A stretch of 64,000 nucleotides of DNA from Alphaproteobacteria bacterium. GTDB lineage: Bacteria > Pseudomonadota > Alphaproteobacteria > RF32 > CAG-239. Both the position numbers and the translations under genes were made by a program. The notes beneath the pieces are model-generated. The model made no database searches. It saw only the letters and a program-made list of their open reading frames with translations, and had not been told where the DNA came from. Position 1 is the first letter of the stretch. Each line of letters starts with the position of its first letter. The DNA lies in the NCBI GenBank assembly GCA_045637985.1, contig JAZUAM010000003.1:6108-70107 (forward strand), written 5' to 3'. Shown here piece by piece: positions 1 through 8,717 of the stretch.

Positions 1-158
1 AAATACGTAAAATTATGAAATATTTAGGATTGGAAGTTTCAAGACTTATTCGCTTGTCATATGGGCCTTTTCAGTTAGGAAATTTGAAAAGAGGAGAAGT
101 TAAGGAAGTATCTCAGAAGGTTTTAAAAGAACAGCTTGGAGCAAAGTTTGGTATATGA
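1..158 (+). CDS. Pseudouridine synthase, C-terminal fragment (RluB/RsuA family; 5' end outside window)
   Basis: The frame starting at nt 3 reads IRKIMKYLGLEVSRLIRLSYGPFQLGNLKRGEVKEVSQKVLKEQLGAKFGI*. The RLxRxSYGPF..L..L..GE segment is typical of the C-terminus of RluB-type synthases. The TGA stop (156-158) overlaps the rsmD ATG (ATGA). Confidence 0.55.
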   Translation, partial: IRKIMKYLGLEVSRLIRLSYGPFQLGNLKRGEVKEVSQKVLKEQLGAKFGI

Positions 159-694
159 GAATTGTCGGTGGTAAATATCGAGGTAAAAAATTAATATCTC
201 CAACTTCTCAAAATGTTCGTCCTACATCTGATAAAGCAAGAGAGGCATTGTTTAATATTTTGCGTAGCAGATTGGGCGGAAATTATGGGGAACTTAAATT
301 GTTGGATATTTTTTCCGGAAGCGGTGCGTTTGGTTTAGAAGCAATATCTCAAGGATTTGCGGAAGTTGCTTTGGTTGATGTTGATGTGCGTGATTTACAA
401 AAGAATGTTGATTTATTTGTTGCTGAAAAAAACAAAATTAAAATTGTTCGTGCAGATGTTACAAAAGATATTTTATTGCCCGCTAAATATGATGTGGTGT
501 TTTCGGATGCACCTTATAATAAAGGCCTTACAGAAAAAGCTCTTGGAAAAATATGTCCTTTCTTGAACAATGGAGCTTTATGTTTTATTGAGATTGAAAA
601 AAAAGAACAATGTAATATTCCTTACCAATATAAACTATTGGATGAGCGAAATTATGGTTTGGCAAAAGTGTTGATTGCTCAAGTTATTTTGTAA
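155..694 (+). CDS. rsmD: 16S rRNA (guanine966-N2)-methyltransferase RsmD
   Basis: N-terminus MRIVGGKYRGKKLISPTSQNVRPTSDKAREALFNIL is the RsmD signature. There is a SAM motif LDIFSGSGAFGLEA and a DPPY-like SDAPY. Confidence 0.85.
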   Translation: MRIVGGKYRGKKLISPTSQNVRPTSDKAREALFNILRSRLGGNYGELKLLDIFSGSGAFGLEAISQGFAEVALVDVDVRDLQKNVDLFVAEKNKIKIVRADVTKDILLPAKYDVVFSDAPYNKGLTEKALGKICPFLNNGALCFIEIEKKEQCNIPYQYKLLDERNYGLAKVLIAQVIL

Positions 695-1772
695 AATCTT
701 TGATTGTCAAATTTTCTATTGTTATTTTTTTATCTGCGTAGCTTATGGGAGTTGATATAGTCAACTCCGTATCGTCAGGATTCATTTTAAATGCTTTGTT
801 TGATAGCATAATGTTGGCTACAAAAACGTTTTTACTGTCAAGAAATTCATTTTCCTGTAGATCTTTTATTAAACGTAAGAGACCTTTTGACGATGTATTG
901 AAGTCGATACGAGGAGAAAATACTTCATTAAAATTTATTGTTCCTCGTCCTACAAGTGTTAATGGTTCCCATTGTACAATTAAATTTGGTACTTCAATGA
1001 ATCCACCTTCTTTTAACCATGTTTCAAGAGATGTGAGAAGATAATCATCATCAGGCAAATTTCCCAGAATGTTTGTTTTGGCGTACAATAATTTAAGTTT
1101 TGATGATAGAGGATAATTAACAAGTCCGTTGATATCCACGGAATTTACCTCAAAAAAACTTTCATAGCTAGGGATTATCATTGCTTGATTGGTAGTATTT
1201 TGTTTTGTTGATTGCAATAGAAATGCTATTTTTTCAATTTTTGCAAAATTTTTTATATCAATATTTTCCGCATGAAAAACTAATTCATCAAGTTTGTTGT
1301 TTTGATTGCTTATATCTAAAAATGTTTGTTGAGATATCATTGTTGCGGAAAAATCATTGAGCGAAAATAGTCCGCCATCGGAAGATTCAAAGCGAATTTT
1401 CGGTGTGCCGAAAATATTGGGATATGCTTTTACTACATTGAATTTGACAGACCACGAATTTAATCCTTTTATATTGTATATTTGAAAATTGTCTATTTTT
1501 ACTAAAGGAGAGAAAAACATAGAATTAAATTCAATATTGTCATAAGCGATATCTAATCCCAATTCGTTTAGTTTGGAAAAAGTTTGCTGCATTTGCCAAC
1601 GAACTTGTTTTATTGCAATATTACGTGATGCTATTAGGTATATTGTTCCAAATACAATACTGAAAGAGAATATACAAGCCAATATCGGACGTAGGTTGTT
1701 ACGTATGATATTATATCCTTTATAGGCAAATTCAGAAACAAAAAGCAGATTTTTGCGAAGTATTTGGTTCAC
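684..1772 (-). CDS. Membrane-anchored hypothetical protein (possibly DUF2125 family)
   Basis: 362-aa ORF with one N-terminal TM helix (ILACIFSFSIVFGTIYLIA) followed by a soluble domain. Size and layout resemble alphaproteobacterial DUF2125 proteins. The family call is from memory only. Confidence 0.35.
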   Translation of the reverse strand: MNQILRKNLLFVSEFAYKGYNIIRNNLRPILACIFSFSIVFGTIYLIASRNIAIKQVRWQMQQTFSKLNELGLDIAYDNIEFNSMFFSPLVKIDNFQIYNIKGLNSWSVKFNVVKAYPNIFGTPKIRFESSDGGLFSLNDFSATMISQQTFLDISNQNNKLDELVFHAENIDIKNFAKIEKIAFLLQSTKQNTTNQAMIIPSYESFFEVNSVDINGLVNYPLSSKLKLLYAKTNILGNLPDDDYLLTSLETWLKEGGFIEVPNLIVQWEPLTLVGRGTINFNEVFSPRIDFNTSSKGLLRLIKDLQENEFLDSKNVFVANIMLSNKAFKMNPDDTELTISTPISYADKKITIENLTIKDFTK

Positions 1773-1777
1773 GGTTA

Positions 1778-2539
1778 TTAATCCTTTTGATACATCATTT
1801 TTTTCAAATGGGGATATTCTTTGATTGTTTCCATATTAAGATCGTTGCATTTGTCTTCAATGCAATTTTGTAATTTTTCCATAAATTCTTGTTTGTTTAA
1901 TCCCGGTTCAATAGGAGGAAGAAATTCGAAAATTATTTTTCCCGGATAACGTAAAAAAGAATTTTTTGCCCAGAAGAATCCGGTATTTGAAGCTATCGGG
2001 ATTACCGGTTGATTTAAATGTTGGTATAAGAGAGCAACACCGGGTTTGTATGCTGGTTCTTGTCCCGGTTTACGACGAGTACCCTCAGGAAATATGATTA
2101 TAGGGCGTTTATTTTCTATCATTATTTTAGCATTACGAAGCATATTCTTCATTGCGGCTGATCCGGCGCTTCTATCTATGGGAATAAGACCATAAAAAGA
2201 TTGAGCCCAACCGAAAATGGGAATGTAGGTAAGTTCTTTTTTCATTACCAGAGTTGCTCTTTTTATAAAATTTGTCAAAAGATAGGTCTCAACGGCAGAT
2301 TGATGCTTGCCGGCATAAATACCTTGTTCTTGATTGATATATTGTTTTCCTCTGACTTCGATTTTTATTCCTGCGACATGTTGCAATATCCATGCAAATG
2401 ATGGTAAAAATACATAATTCCATGATTTCATGGTTAGTCTACGATTAAATAAGCCGATAACAGAGTTGCATATACATCCCATGGCTATTGTACCATATCC
2501 GAGAATATTGAAAATTAAAGAGCGTATAAATAACATCAA
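1778..2539 (-). CDS. plsC: 1-acyl-sn-glycerol-3-phosphate acyltransferase
   Basis: HX4D-type acyltransferase block (KHQSAVET, an E variant) and a FPEGTR block. There is an N-terminal TM segment. Confidence 0.8.
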   Translation of the reverse strand: MMLFIRSLIFNILGYGTIAMGCICNSVIGLFNRRLTMKSWNYVFLPSFAWILQHVAGIKIEVRGKQYINQEQGIYAGKHQSAVETYLLTNFIKRATLVMKKELTYIPIFGWAQSFYGLIPIDRSAGSAAMKNMLRNAKIMIENKRPIIIFPEGTRRKPGQEPAYKPGVALLYQHLNQPVIPIASNTGFFWAKNSFLRYPGKIIFEFLPPIEPGLNKQEFMEKLQNCIEDKCNDLNMETIKEYPHLKKMMYQKD

Positions 2540-2543
2540 GACC

Positions 2544-3110
2544 TCACTTTGTTAATTTACATCGTATGTAAGCACATAACAGTTTATTATATTCTTTAAA
2601 AATAAGCGAGAATGTTTGCCAACTCGTCCACCATTTTTTTTCAATTTTTTCCGAATATACCGGATGAGCAATAATGGTTAACGAAGGATTTTGTTCTTTG
2701 AATTCTATCATAGAACGAGCAATATGATAATTAGAGGTTACCAAGCGAATCGATTTTATGTTGTTTTTTTTGAGCCATTCATTAGTTTCATAAGCATTTT
2801 CAATGGTGTTGGATGCCTTATGTCCGATATCAATGTTTTGATGTTTGGAAAGCTTGAGATGCTGTGTTTCCTGAATATCTCGAAGAGAAATGTCTTTATT
2901 TACACCGGAAATAAAAAGTCTGTCTGCAAGGCCTTTATCTAATAATTTGACTGCTTCGGATATGCGGTTACGTCCTCCTGTCAATGCGATAATCGCCTCT
3001 GTGTGCGTGGTATCAATATTGTCAATGTTATTTATGTGCCAAGCGAAGGCTATAAAACCGACTAACCAAAAAATGATAAAAGCAAAAGATAAAATAATTA
3101 TTTTTTTCAT
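2544..3110 (-). CDS. DUF218 (YdcF/ElyC-type) membrane-anchored protein
   Basis: N-terminal TM helix, then ALTGGRNRI ... VTSNYHIARS, which are typical DUF218 motifs. Confidence 0.7.
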   Translation of the reverse strand: MKKIIILSFAFIIFWLVGFIAFAWHINNIDNIDTTHTEAIIALTGGRNRISEAVKLLDKGLADRLFISGVNKDISLRDIQETQHLKLSKHQNIDIGHKASNTIENAYETNEWLKKNNIKSIRLVTSNYHIARSMIEFKEQNPSLTIIAHPVYSEKIEKKWWTSWQTFSLIFKEYNKLLCAYIRCKLTK

Positions 3111-4024
3111 TATAACATCTTCTTTAAAGTACGTTTAACCGTGTAATATGCCGTAAGCATTGATATAAGCATGGAAAATAACGGTAAAGACATAATTATT
3201 ATCCAATTTATAGTTCCCAGATTTGCATCACTGATAATACCTCCTTCAATAGCGGTGGCTAAATTACCGATAAAATATATTGAAGGAATCGCAAAAAATA
3301 ATCCTATTATACCTCCGATAAATCCCATAAAAGCCATATGTTTTGCATATTGTTGAGCAATGTAAGTGTCTTTTGCTCCGACTATATGCAATATTTCGAT
3401 AATATTATGATGTAATCCGAGACTCATTTGTGTTGTATAAAAAATTGCACCAGACGTAATTGTAGCGACTAACAATAAAATTGTTGTTGCTATCAGATTT
3501 ATTCCATCAGCAAAAGAGATAAGCTTGTTTAGCCATAGTTTGTGATTATCTAAAGTTGCTTGCGGAGATGCCGTAGCCAAATCTTGAGAAAGTTGCATAA
3601 AGTCGATGTTGGCTTTAGGAGATATTTTTACGTCAATAATCCGAGGAACCGGAAGATCTGCAATATTTATCTCATCTCCAAGCCAGGGACGCAACAGATT
3701 GTTCAATTGCTCATTTGAAAGCGGGGTTACTTTGATTACACCATTTACGGATTTGAGAAATTCAACCGCTTTTTCTTCATAAGCCAATGTTTCAGCTAAA
3801 GCTTTTTCTTTATTGGCATGATGTACCGGTATTATCTGTACAGTAATTGATCCCAAGATACTTTTGTTCCAATTAGCAATCATCGAATCGATAGATAATA
3901 CGCCGGATAAAGTAATTGCAAATATAAAAACGGCGATAGATATTATGATTTGCAAAAACATAGATGTGTTTTCGCCTTTGAGAGGAAGTTCTTGTTTGCG
4001 TGAATTGGTAATATGATCAGACAT
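3110..4024 (-). CDS. ftsX: Cell division ABC transporter permease FtsX
   Basis: Four-TM FtsX-like topology directly downstream of ftsE. The start is trimmed to ATG 4024 (MSDHITN...), which overlaps the ftsE stop by 8 nt. The longer ORF-track start would overlap ftsE by about 95 nt. Confidence 0.8.
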   Translation of the reverse strand: MSDHITNSRKQELPLKGENTSMFLQIIISIAVFIFAITLSGVLSIDSMIANWNKSILGSITVQIIPVHHANKEKALAETLAYEEKAVEFLKSVNGVIKVTPLSNEQLNNLLRPWLGDEINIADLPVPRIIDVKISPKANIDFMQLSQDLATASPQATLDNHKLWLNKLISFADGINLIATTILLLVATITSGAIFYTTQMSLGLHHNIIEILHIVGAKDTYIAQQYAKHMAFMGFIGGIIGLFFAIPSIYFIGNLATAIEGGIISDANLGTINWIIIMSLPLFSMLISMLTAYYTVKRTLKKML

Positions 4025-4733
4025 TAATACCTCGCAATAAAGATGTGTCGGAAGGATAGTAAATATGAAGTCCTTTGTTTTGCAAATGAAGTCTCGGATA
4101 TGCAAAATCATGAATTATTTTATCTGAGTGGGTCGCAATGACAACGGTTGTTCCGAGTTTATTTAATTCAACAAAAAGTTTCATCAATTTTCCGGCTATA
4201 ATATTATCTACGTTTCCGGTAGGTTCGTCGGCGAGCAGAAGATCCGGTCTGTTTATTACGGCACGGGCAATAGCAATGCGCTGTTTTTCGCCACCGGATA
4301 ATGTGGATGTTTTATCCATCATGTGAGCATCCAGTTCAACCCATGTAAGCAGTTCCGTAACCCGTTTTTTTATTTCTCGTTCGTCCATTCCGCTGACTCT
4401 CAAAGGAAGAGCTACATTGTCAAAAGCAGATAAATGTTCAATGAGACGAAAATCTTGAAATACTACACCGATACGACGTCGGAGAGATGCCAGTTGGTCT
4501 CGGTTTGTAAAATTCAGATTGTGATTAAAAACACTTATTTGCCCTCGGCTTGGTTTTTGTGTCAGATACATCAGACTTAAAAGAGATGTTTTTCCGGCTC
4601 CGCTTTGTCCGGTCAGAAAATGAAATGAACCTTTGGGTAAGGATAGTTTTATATCGCTTAAAATTTCCGGTCCTTGATCGTAACGGATGCCGACGTTGTT
4701 CATTTCTATAATGTTATCTATTTTGTTTGCCAC
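4017..4733 (-). CDS. ftsE: Cell division ATP-binding protein FtsE
   Basis: Walker A GQSGAGKTSLL, ABC signature LSGGEKQRIAIARA, Walker B LLLADEPTGNVD. It is paired with ftsX. Confidence 0.9.
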   Translation of the reverse strand: MANKIDNIIEMNNVGIRYDQGPEILSDIKLSLPKGSFHFLTGQSGAGKTSLLSLMYLTQKPSRGQISVFNHNLNFTNRDQLASLRRRIGVVFQDFRLIEHLSAFDNVALPLRVSGMDEREIKKRVTELLTWVELDAHMMDKTSTLSGGEKQRIAIARAVINRPDLLLADEPTGNVDNIIAGKLMKLFVELNKLGTTVVIATHSDKIIHDFAYPRLHLQNKGLHIYYPSDTSLLRGINV

Positions 4734-4859
4734 GAACAGAATCTCCTCAGAATCTTCATATGAGATAAGATATAGGTAATAAATTATTTAATAAAGTATT
4801 TTTTTTCTTTGATTAAAATCTTTTTCATTTTATATTTATGTCTGAAGGGGATAAATAAG

Positions 4860-5843
4860 ATGCGTATATATTGTCCAAATTGTAATACAGGTTATGAAAT
4901 CAACGAAGAACTTATCAAAGATAAGGTTCGTAAAGTTAAGTGCAGTAATTGCGGTAAGGTTTTTGAGGCAGGTAGTTTAAAGTCTGCGATGCCTGTTAAT
5001 AACGAAGAAGGCAATCCGGAAAACCCTTTTGATGCATTATCATCGGTTATGAAAGAAGAAAATGTATCAGATGTAAGAGCAAAAGACACAACGGATACGG
5101 AAGAAATTGATATCAAAGCAGATGTTGATGTTAACGATAATATAGAGCAAAATACGAATAATGTTTCGGAAGACGATAATATTGCAAAAGATGATAAGGG
5201 CAATTCAGCAGATGTTGAAGATAAACAAGAAGAAGCTACGATAAGTAAGAATGAAGTTGTTTCTGATGATATAAAAGAAGATGCAGAAGTTAATATAGAA
5301 AGCATTTTTGAGAGGTTGTCAGAACATACGGAAAAGTTGATAGAAAAAGAGAAAAAACTGCCATTTTATGAAAAAATGTGGTTGCAAATAAAAAATGTTT
5401 TGGGTTTTCATTTTAAAGTAAGATGGAGTTATATTTTTGTCGGATTGTTAGCTTTTGTTGCAATATCCTTGTATAATAATCGTTATGACGTTGTCAGAAA
5501 AGCTTCTTTTATGAATGAGGTTTATAAGTTTTTTGGAATTAAGGCCAAAATTCCGGGGGAAGGGTTAGAATTTCAAAATATAAGTTGGAATTTTATTACA
5601 GATGATGAAAATACAAGATTGGAAATAAAGGGATTTGTTTATAATAAAACTTCTGATACAATAGACGTTCCGGTAATACATATTGAAATATTGGATAAAA
5701 ATACGTCTTTATTGCAGAGCCAAAATCGCACAATAAAGGAAAAAGTGATAGAAGCAGGTGCTAAGATTCCGTTGGATTTAGTTGTTGTTAATCCGGCTCC
5801 GACGGCTAAATATGTATATTTGACATTTATAGATAAAGATTAG
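4860..5843 (+). CDS. MJ0042-type zinc-ribbon protein with acidic linker, one TM helix and a DUF3426-like C-terminal domain
   Basis: MRIYCPNCNTGYEINEE...KVKCSNCGKVFEA has two CxxC pairs. There is a long D/E/N-rich linker, a TM helix (WSYIFVGLLAFVAISLY) and a beta-rich C-terminus. It is divergent from ftsEX, as is common in alphaproteobacteria. The start is trimmed to ATG 4860. Confidence 0.7.
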   Translation: MRIYCPNCNTGYEINEELIKDKVRKVKCSNCGKVFEAGSLKSAMPVNNEEGNPENPFDALSSVMKEENVSDVRAKDTTDTEEIDIKADVDVNDNIEQNTNNVSEDDNIAKDDKGNSADVEDKQEEATISKNEVVSDDIKEDAEVNIESIFERLSEHTEKLIEKEKKLPFYEKMWLQIKNVLGFHFKVRWSYIFVGLLAFVAISLYNNRYDVVRKASFMNEVYKFFGIKAKIPGEGLEFQNISWNFITDDENTRLEIKGFVYNKTSDTIDVPVIHIEILDKNTSLLQSQNRTIKEKVIEAGAKIPLDLVVVNPAPTAKYVYLTFIDKD

Positions 5844-6733
5844 TGATTTCTGTTAATTATAAAATCAGCTAAATCTGTAAGATTTGTTGTGTCGTTACTA
5901 AATGAAGAGATGCTTTTTTTGGCGTCGGATATCAGACTGTCAGCGATTGATTTTGCTTTATCAAGACCGTACAGAGATACAAAGGTAAGCTTTCCTTGTT
6001 GTTCGTCTTTGCCAAGAGTTTTTCCCATAAGTTTAGAATCGCCGATGACATCCAATATATCATCTGAAATCTGAAAAGCTATACCGATTTTGCGGGCATA
6101 GTCGGTTATGATATTATATTCTTCATTGCTTGCGTTTCCGAGGATTGCACCGGCTTGACAAGCATATGCGATCAGACAACCTGTTTTCATTTCTTCAATA
6201 TGTTTTATTACTTGTTCATTGGAAAGTTCGGGAGTTTTGTCTGTTTGTAAATCAAGCATTTGTCCGGCAATCATTCCGTTAAAGGCGCCGGCACGTTTAC
6301 TTAGCAATTCAACTAATTTTATTTTTGTTTTATCGCTGATATCAGGGGCTGAAGACAAAATTTCGAATGCATATGTAAGAAGACCATCTCCGGCAAGTAT
6401 TGCCGTTGCTTCATCAAATTGTTTGTGACAAGTCGGTTTGCCACGTCGAAAATCATCATTATCCATTGCCGGTAAATCGTCATGGATGAGAGAATAAGTG
6501 TGTAACATTTCGAGCGATGCGGCAACAGGAAAAGAAATTGTTTCTGAAACATTAAACAGTTTTGCAGTTTGACAAACCAAAAACGGACGTAAACGCTTTC
6601 CTCCGTTTATCAATGAATAGTACATTGCTTCAGATACTTGACGTTCTGTTCCTTGCGGATAATTAAATAATGTTGTTAAATAATTATTGAAATTGAGACT
6701 GAATTTTTTTAATCGCTCATTGAAAGGTGTCAT
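5840..6733 (-). CDS. ispA: Polyprenyl (farnesyl/geranylgeranyl) diphosphate synthase
   Basis: First DDxxD motif LIHDDLPAMDNDDFRRGKPT and second motif FQISDDILD. It is downstream of xseB, as in the classical xseB-ispA arrangement. Confidence 0.85.
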   Translation of the reverse strand: MTPFNERLKKFSLNFNNYLTTLFNYPQGTERQVSEAMYYSLINGGKRLRPFLVCQTAKLFNVSETISFPVAASLEMLHTYSLIHDDLPAMDNDDFRRGKPTCHKQFDEATAILAGDGLLTYAFEILSSAPDISDKTKIKLVELLSKRAGAFNGMIAGQMLDLQTDKTPELSNEQVIKHIEEMKTGCLIAYACQAGAILGNASNEEYNIITDYARKIGIAFQISDDILDVIGDSKLMGKTLGKDEQQGKLTFVSLYGLDKAKSIADSLISDAKKSISSFSNDTTNLTDLADFIINRNH

Positions 6734-6739
6734 AGATTG

Positions 6740-6985
6740 TTATTCCTCAGGGATGATAAAGTCGCTATTTTTTATTTCATCATTTGGCATTATTTCGATT
6801 TTTTCGATTTTAAGCTGTGCTGCTTTCAATTTGTTTTCGCAAAGTTGTTTTAATGCTATGGCTTTTTCATATGCATTGACGGCATCATCAAGTTTGATAC
6901 GGCCGCTTTCAAGTTCACGAACAATGGTTTCCAGTTGAGTTATCGCCTCTTCAAAGCTTAGATCTTTAATAGAATCATTTTCCAT
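6740..6985 (-). CDS. xseB: Exodeoxyribonuclease VII small subunit
   Basis: 81-aa helical protein. SFEEAITQLETIVRELESGRIKLDDAVNAYEKAIALKQLCENKL matches the XseB pattern. Confidence 0.85.
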   Translation of the reverse strand: MENDSIKDLSFEEAITQLETIVRELESGRIKLDDAVNAYEKAIALKQLCENKLKAAQLKIEKIEIMPNDEIKNSDFIIPEE

Positions 6986-7143
6986 AATTTTACCTTTTGT
7001 ACATATTGATGACTATTGTTGGATACTAAAACATTTAATTCGGATTAGCAATACCTAAGTATAGATGTTAAAAGCATATTTGATAATTAAATTAGATTAT
7101 GCAAAAAATAAGTTGTGTTGTTTTTCGTGTGAGGGTTGTGTCA

Positions 7144-7419
7144 ATGAATAATCAGCAGATAAATAAAGCTGTAAGGGTGTTAAAAGCAGTTGCCAATGAA
7201 AAAAGATTGAGAGTTTTGTATTATATCAGTGAAGAAGAAAAAAGTGTCGGAGATATTGAAAAACAAATTGGCCTTAGTCAGTCTGCGCTTTCGCAACATT
7301 TAGCTGTTTTGCGTGCAGATGATATTGTAGAAACCAGACGAGAAGCCCAAACAATTTTTTATGTTTTAAAAGATGAAAAGACAAGGCAAATACTAGAGCT
7401 TGTTAATGAGTTATTCTGA
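7144..7419 (+). CDS. ArsR/SmtB-family transcriptional regulator
   Basis: LKAVANEKRLRVLYYISEEEKSVGDIEKQIGLSQSALSQHLAVLRADDIVETRREAQTIFY is a winged-HTH ArsR signature. The start is trimmed to ATG 7144, behind a GAGGG RBS. Confidence 0.8.
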   Translation: MNNQQINKAVRVLKAVANEKRLRVLYYISEEEKSVGDIEKQIGLSQSALSQHLAVLRADDIVETRREAQTIFYVLKDEKTRQILELVNELF

Positions 7420-8571
7420 CAAATCCGTAAATTTTAAGCAATGTTTTTGTGAATCATAAGATATTGCAGTATTGCCATTTTTTATCTTTTGAGCGGCAAT
7501 ACCGAACAATTTGTATCGCCATCCGCTTAAAAAAGGGATATCTGCGGTGGTTCCATTGCAAAAGCGTTTCAGATCATCTTCATCAGCTATTAATTTGGGA
7601 ACAATCATATTTTCAGCAGAAATAACGCGAAGCAGTAATTTTAACAGTTCTAATAAACCCGAATCAGTGTTATGGTAATTGCAAATTGTCGGGGGGGTTA
7701 CATAATTGCTTTCATCGATAAGTTTTGTTTTTTGAATTACTTCAATTATTTCGTCGCCAATTTTGCCGGTTGCCAAATCTGCACGCATTCCACGTACAGA
7801 TGACAATTCTTCTTTGTTTTGCGGACATTCGGCGCAAATGTTAAGAAGCAAATCATCTTTAATAAATGATTGTCTGGGAACATTTTTGTTGATGGCTCTG
7901 TTTTCTCGCCAAGCGGCAAGTTCTCGCAGGAATGTCAGATATTTTGCATTATGAGAACGATGGCGCATTTTTTGCCAAACTTCATAAGGATTGATTTTAT
8001 ATAAATTTTCATTACATAGGTTGTTTAACTCATCATTTATCCATTCTGTTCGATTTTGTTCGGCAAGCCATGTTTTGAGGTGTTGATATATGTGAACCAA
8101 ATGAGTTACGTCAGATAAAGCATAGTTTAATTGGTTTTGATTTAACGGACGTTTGCTCCAATCAGATAAACGAGATGATTTATCAATATTTTTATGTAAA
8201 ATGTTTGATACCAGATTTTCATAACTGGCAGATTCACCGTATCCTGCAGCAGATGCTGCGATTTGCGTATCAAATATGGGATAAGGTATTTTGTTACTTA
8301 AATTATATATTATTTCAATATCTTGTCGGCCGGAATGAAAAACTTTGACAATGTCGGGATTTTGCATAAGAGCAAAAAAATCATCAAGAACAATATTTTC
8401 AGCCAAAGGATCTATTATTACGGCATCATTTTGAGAGGCTATTTGAATTAAGCACAGTTGTGCAAAATAGGTGTGTTGGCGCATGAATTCCAAGTCAACA
8501 CAAATAAATGGTTCGTTAGCTAATTTTGTGCATATTTTTTTTAAATTTTCGTTGTTTTCGATCAGTTCCAT
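7411..8571 (-). CDS. rnd: Ribonuclease D
   Basis: DEDDy 3'-5' exonuclease motifs (CVDLEF..., HSGRQDIEII, YALSDVTHL) plus a C-terminal HRDC-like region. Confidence 0.85.
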   Translation of the reverse strand: MELIENNENLKKICTKLANEPFICVDLEFMRQHTYFAQLCLIQIASQNDAVIIDPLAENIVLDDFFALMQNPDIVKVFHSGRQDIEIIYNLSNKIPYPIFDTQIAASAAGYGESASYENLVSNILHKNIDKSSRLSDWSKRPLNQNQLNYALSDVTHLVHIYQHLKTWLAEQNRTEWINDELNNLCNENLYKINPYEVWQKMRHRSHNAKYLTFLRELAAWRENRAINKNVPRQSFIKDDLLLNICAECPQNKEELSSVRGMRADLATGKIGDEIIEVIQKTKLIDESNYVTPPTICNYHNTDSGLLELLKLLLRVISAENMIVPKLIADEDDLKRFCNGTTADIPFLSGWRYKLFGIAAQKIKNGNTAISYDSQKHCLKFTDLSE

Positions 8572-8717
8572 TAGACGACAATATCTTTTTTGTTTGATTA
8601 TAGTGCATTCATAGCTTATTTAGCGTTAATTGCAATAAAAAAATGCTTGTGTCTAATCAAAATTAGAGATAAAAAAGTATGAGATTAAAAAATGTAAATT
8701 ATAGAGGTTGTAAAATA

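Noticed and set aside
5040-5300. Acidic, low-complexity stretch in the zinc-ribbon gene as a possible repeat element
   Set aside because: It is compositionally biased (D/E/N/K codons) but has no discrete repeat unit. It is a disordered linker within an intact ORF.
4892-5305. Long antisense or shadow ORFs in the six-frame track. Examples are 4892-5305, 18138-18608, 18793-19302, 27196-27600, 38719-39210, 39458-39874, 45808-46209, 46640-47080 and 62769-63149.
   Set aside because: Each lies entirely inside, and opposite to or out of frame with, a gene that has strong family motifs. They have low-complexity or Ser/Leu/Ile-rich composition typical of AT-rich shadow frames, and they lack RBS context.
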